Shown here in pieces: positions 63,971 through 64,000 of a stretch of DNA of 64,000 bases. Origin of the DNA: Gemmatimonadales bacterium (GTDB taxonomy: Bacteria > Gemmatimonadota > Gemmatimonadetes > Gemmatimonadales > GWC2-71-9); assembly GCA_035557715.1 (NCBI GenBank), contig DATMDQ010000121.1, forward strand, positions 16,962 through 80,961, given 5' to 3'. The stretch's first letter is position 1. Each line of letters opens with the position of its first letter. A program made the position numbers and the translations under genes. The notes beneath the pieces were generated by a model that worked only from the letters and a program-made list of their open reading frames with translations, was not told the DNA's origin and ran no database searches.

Positions 63971-64000
63971 GGAGCACTCCAGAAAGAGGTGGGCGACGTG

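Overview
GC-rich bacterial chromosomal segment. From gene content I guess a Gemmatimonadota/Acidobacteriota-like soil bacterium, but I cannot verify that here. It holds about 60 densely packed protein-coding genes, many joined by 1-4 nt stop/start overlaps. I recognised no rRNA, tRNA, CRISPR array, transposase, integrase or phage gene.

Gene content, left to right:
- Glycan/EPS assembly locus: GT2, GT4, AsnB-like amidotransferase, beta-helix protein, fused Wzz/BY-kinase.
- DUF885 protein, then a NarL-type two-component pair.
- hemH and hemA, convergent and overlapping.
- A minus-strand string: gyrA, threonine-dehydratase-like, REC-GAF-GGDEF, Ser/Thr kinase.
- An ECF sigma / anti-sigma / HEAT / HEAT / DUF5916 module.
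- TerC, then paralogous lipoproteins.
- A frameshifted four-helix-bundle (23S-IVS family) gene.
- Zn-dependent dehydrogenase and a Big_2/TolB-like protein.
- A very basic 22-aa-repeat protein, then GH15.
- A DUF4440 / amidohydrolase / prenyltransferase-repeat / selD string.
- An RNase HI homolog lacking the catalytic Glu.
- Thiolase, SPFH, a membrane protein and hbd.
- DUF116, an FAD oxidase and thyX.
- A cassette of two ATP-grasp genes, a GNAT and a lysine 2,3-aminomutase.
- A peptide-type SBP and a tandemly duplicated lipoprotein/TPR(-HD-GYP) module.

Most unusual signals:
1. A recurring intergenic architecture. A short unit (7 or 9 nt) is tandemly repeated, followed by a spacer and then the reverse complement of that unit tandemly repeated. 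It starts at or over the stop codon of the upstream gene. Four clear sites were found plus a weaker fifth at 54782-54904. At one site a roughly 470-bp lower-GC cassette carrying the four-helix-bundle gene sits in the loop. A same-family site 25 kb away is empty.
2. The ATP-grasp x2 / GNAT / KamA cassette, plausibly making a beta-lysine-derived product, preceded by a terminator-like hairpin that abuts its RBS.
3. Two further small hairpin repeat families, one of which shows a compensatory base-pair change between copies.
4. A recent tandem duplication with reciprocal decay at the TPR/HD-GYP locus.

All functional calls come from motif recognition by eye. No database search was run.
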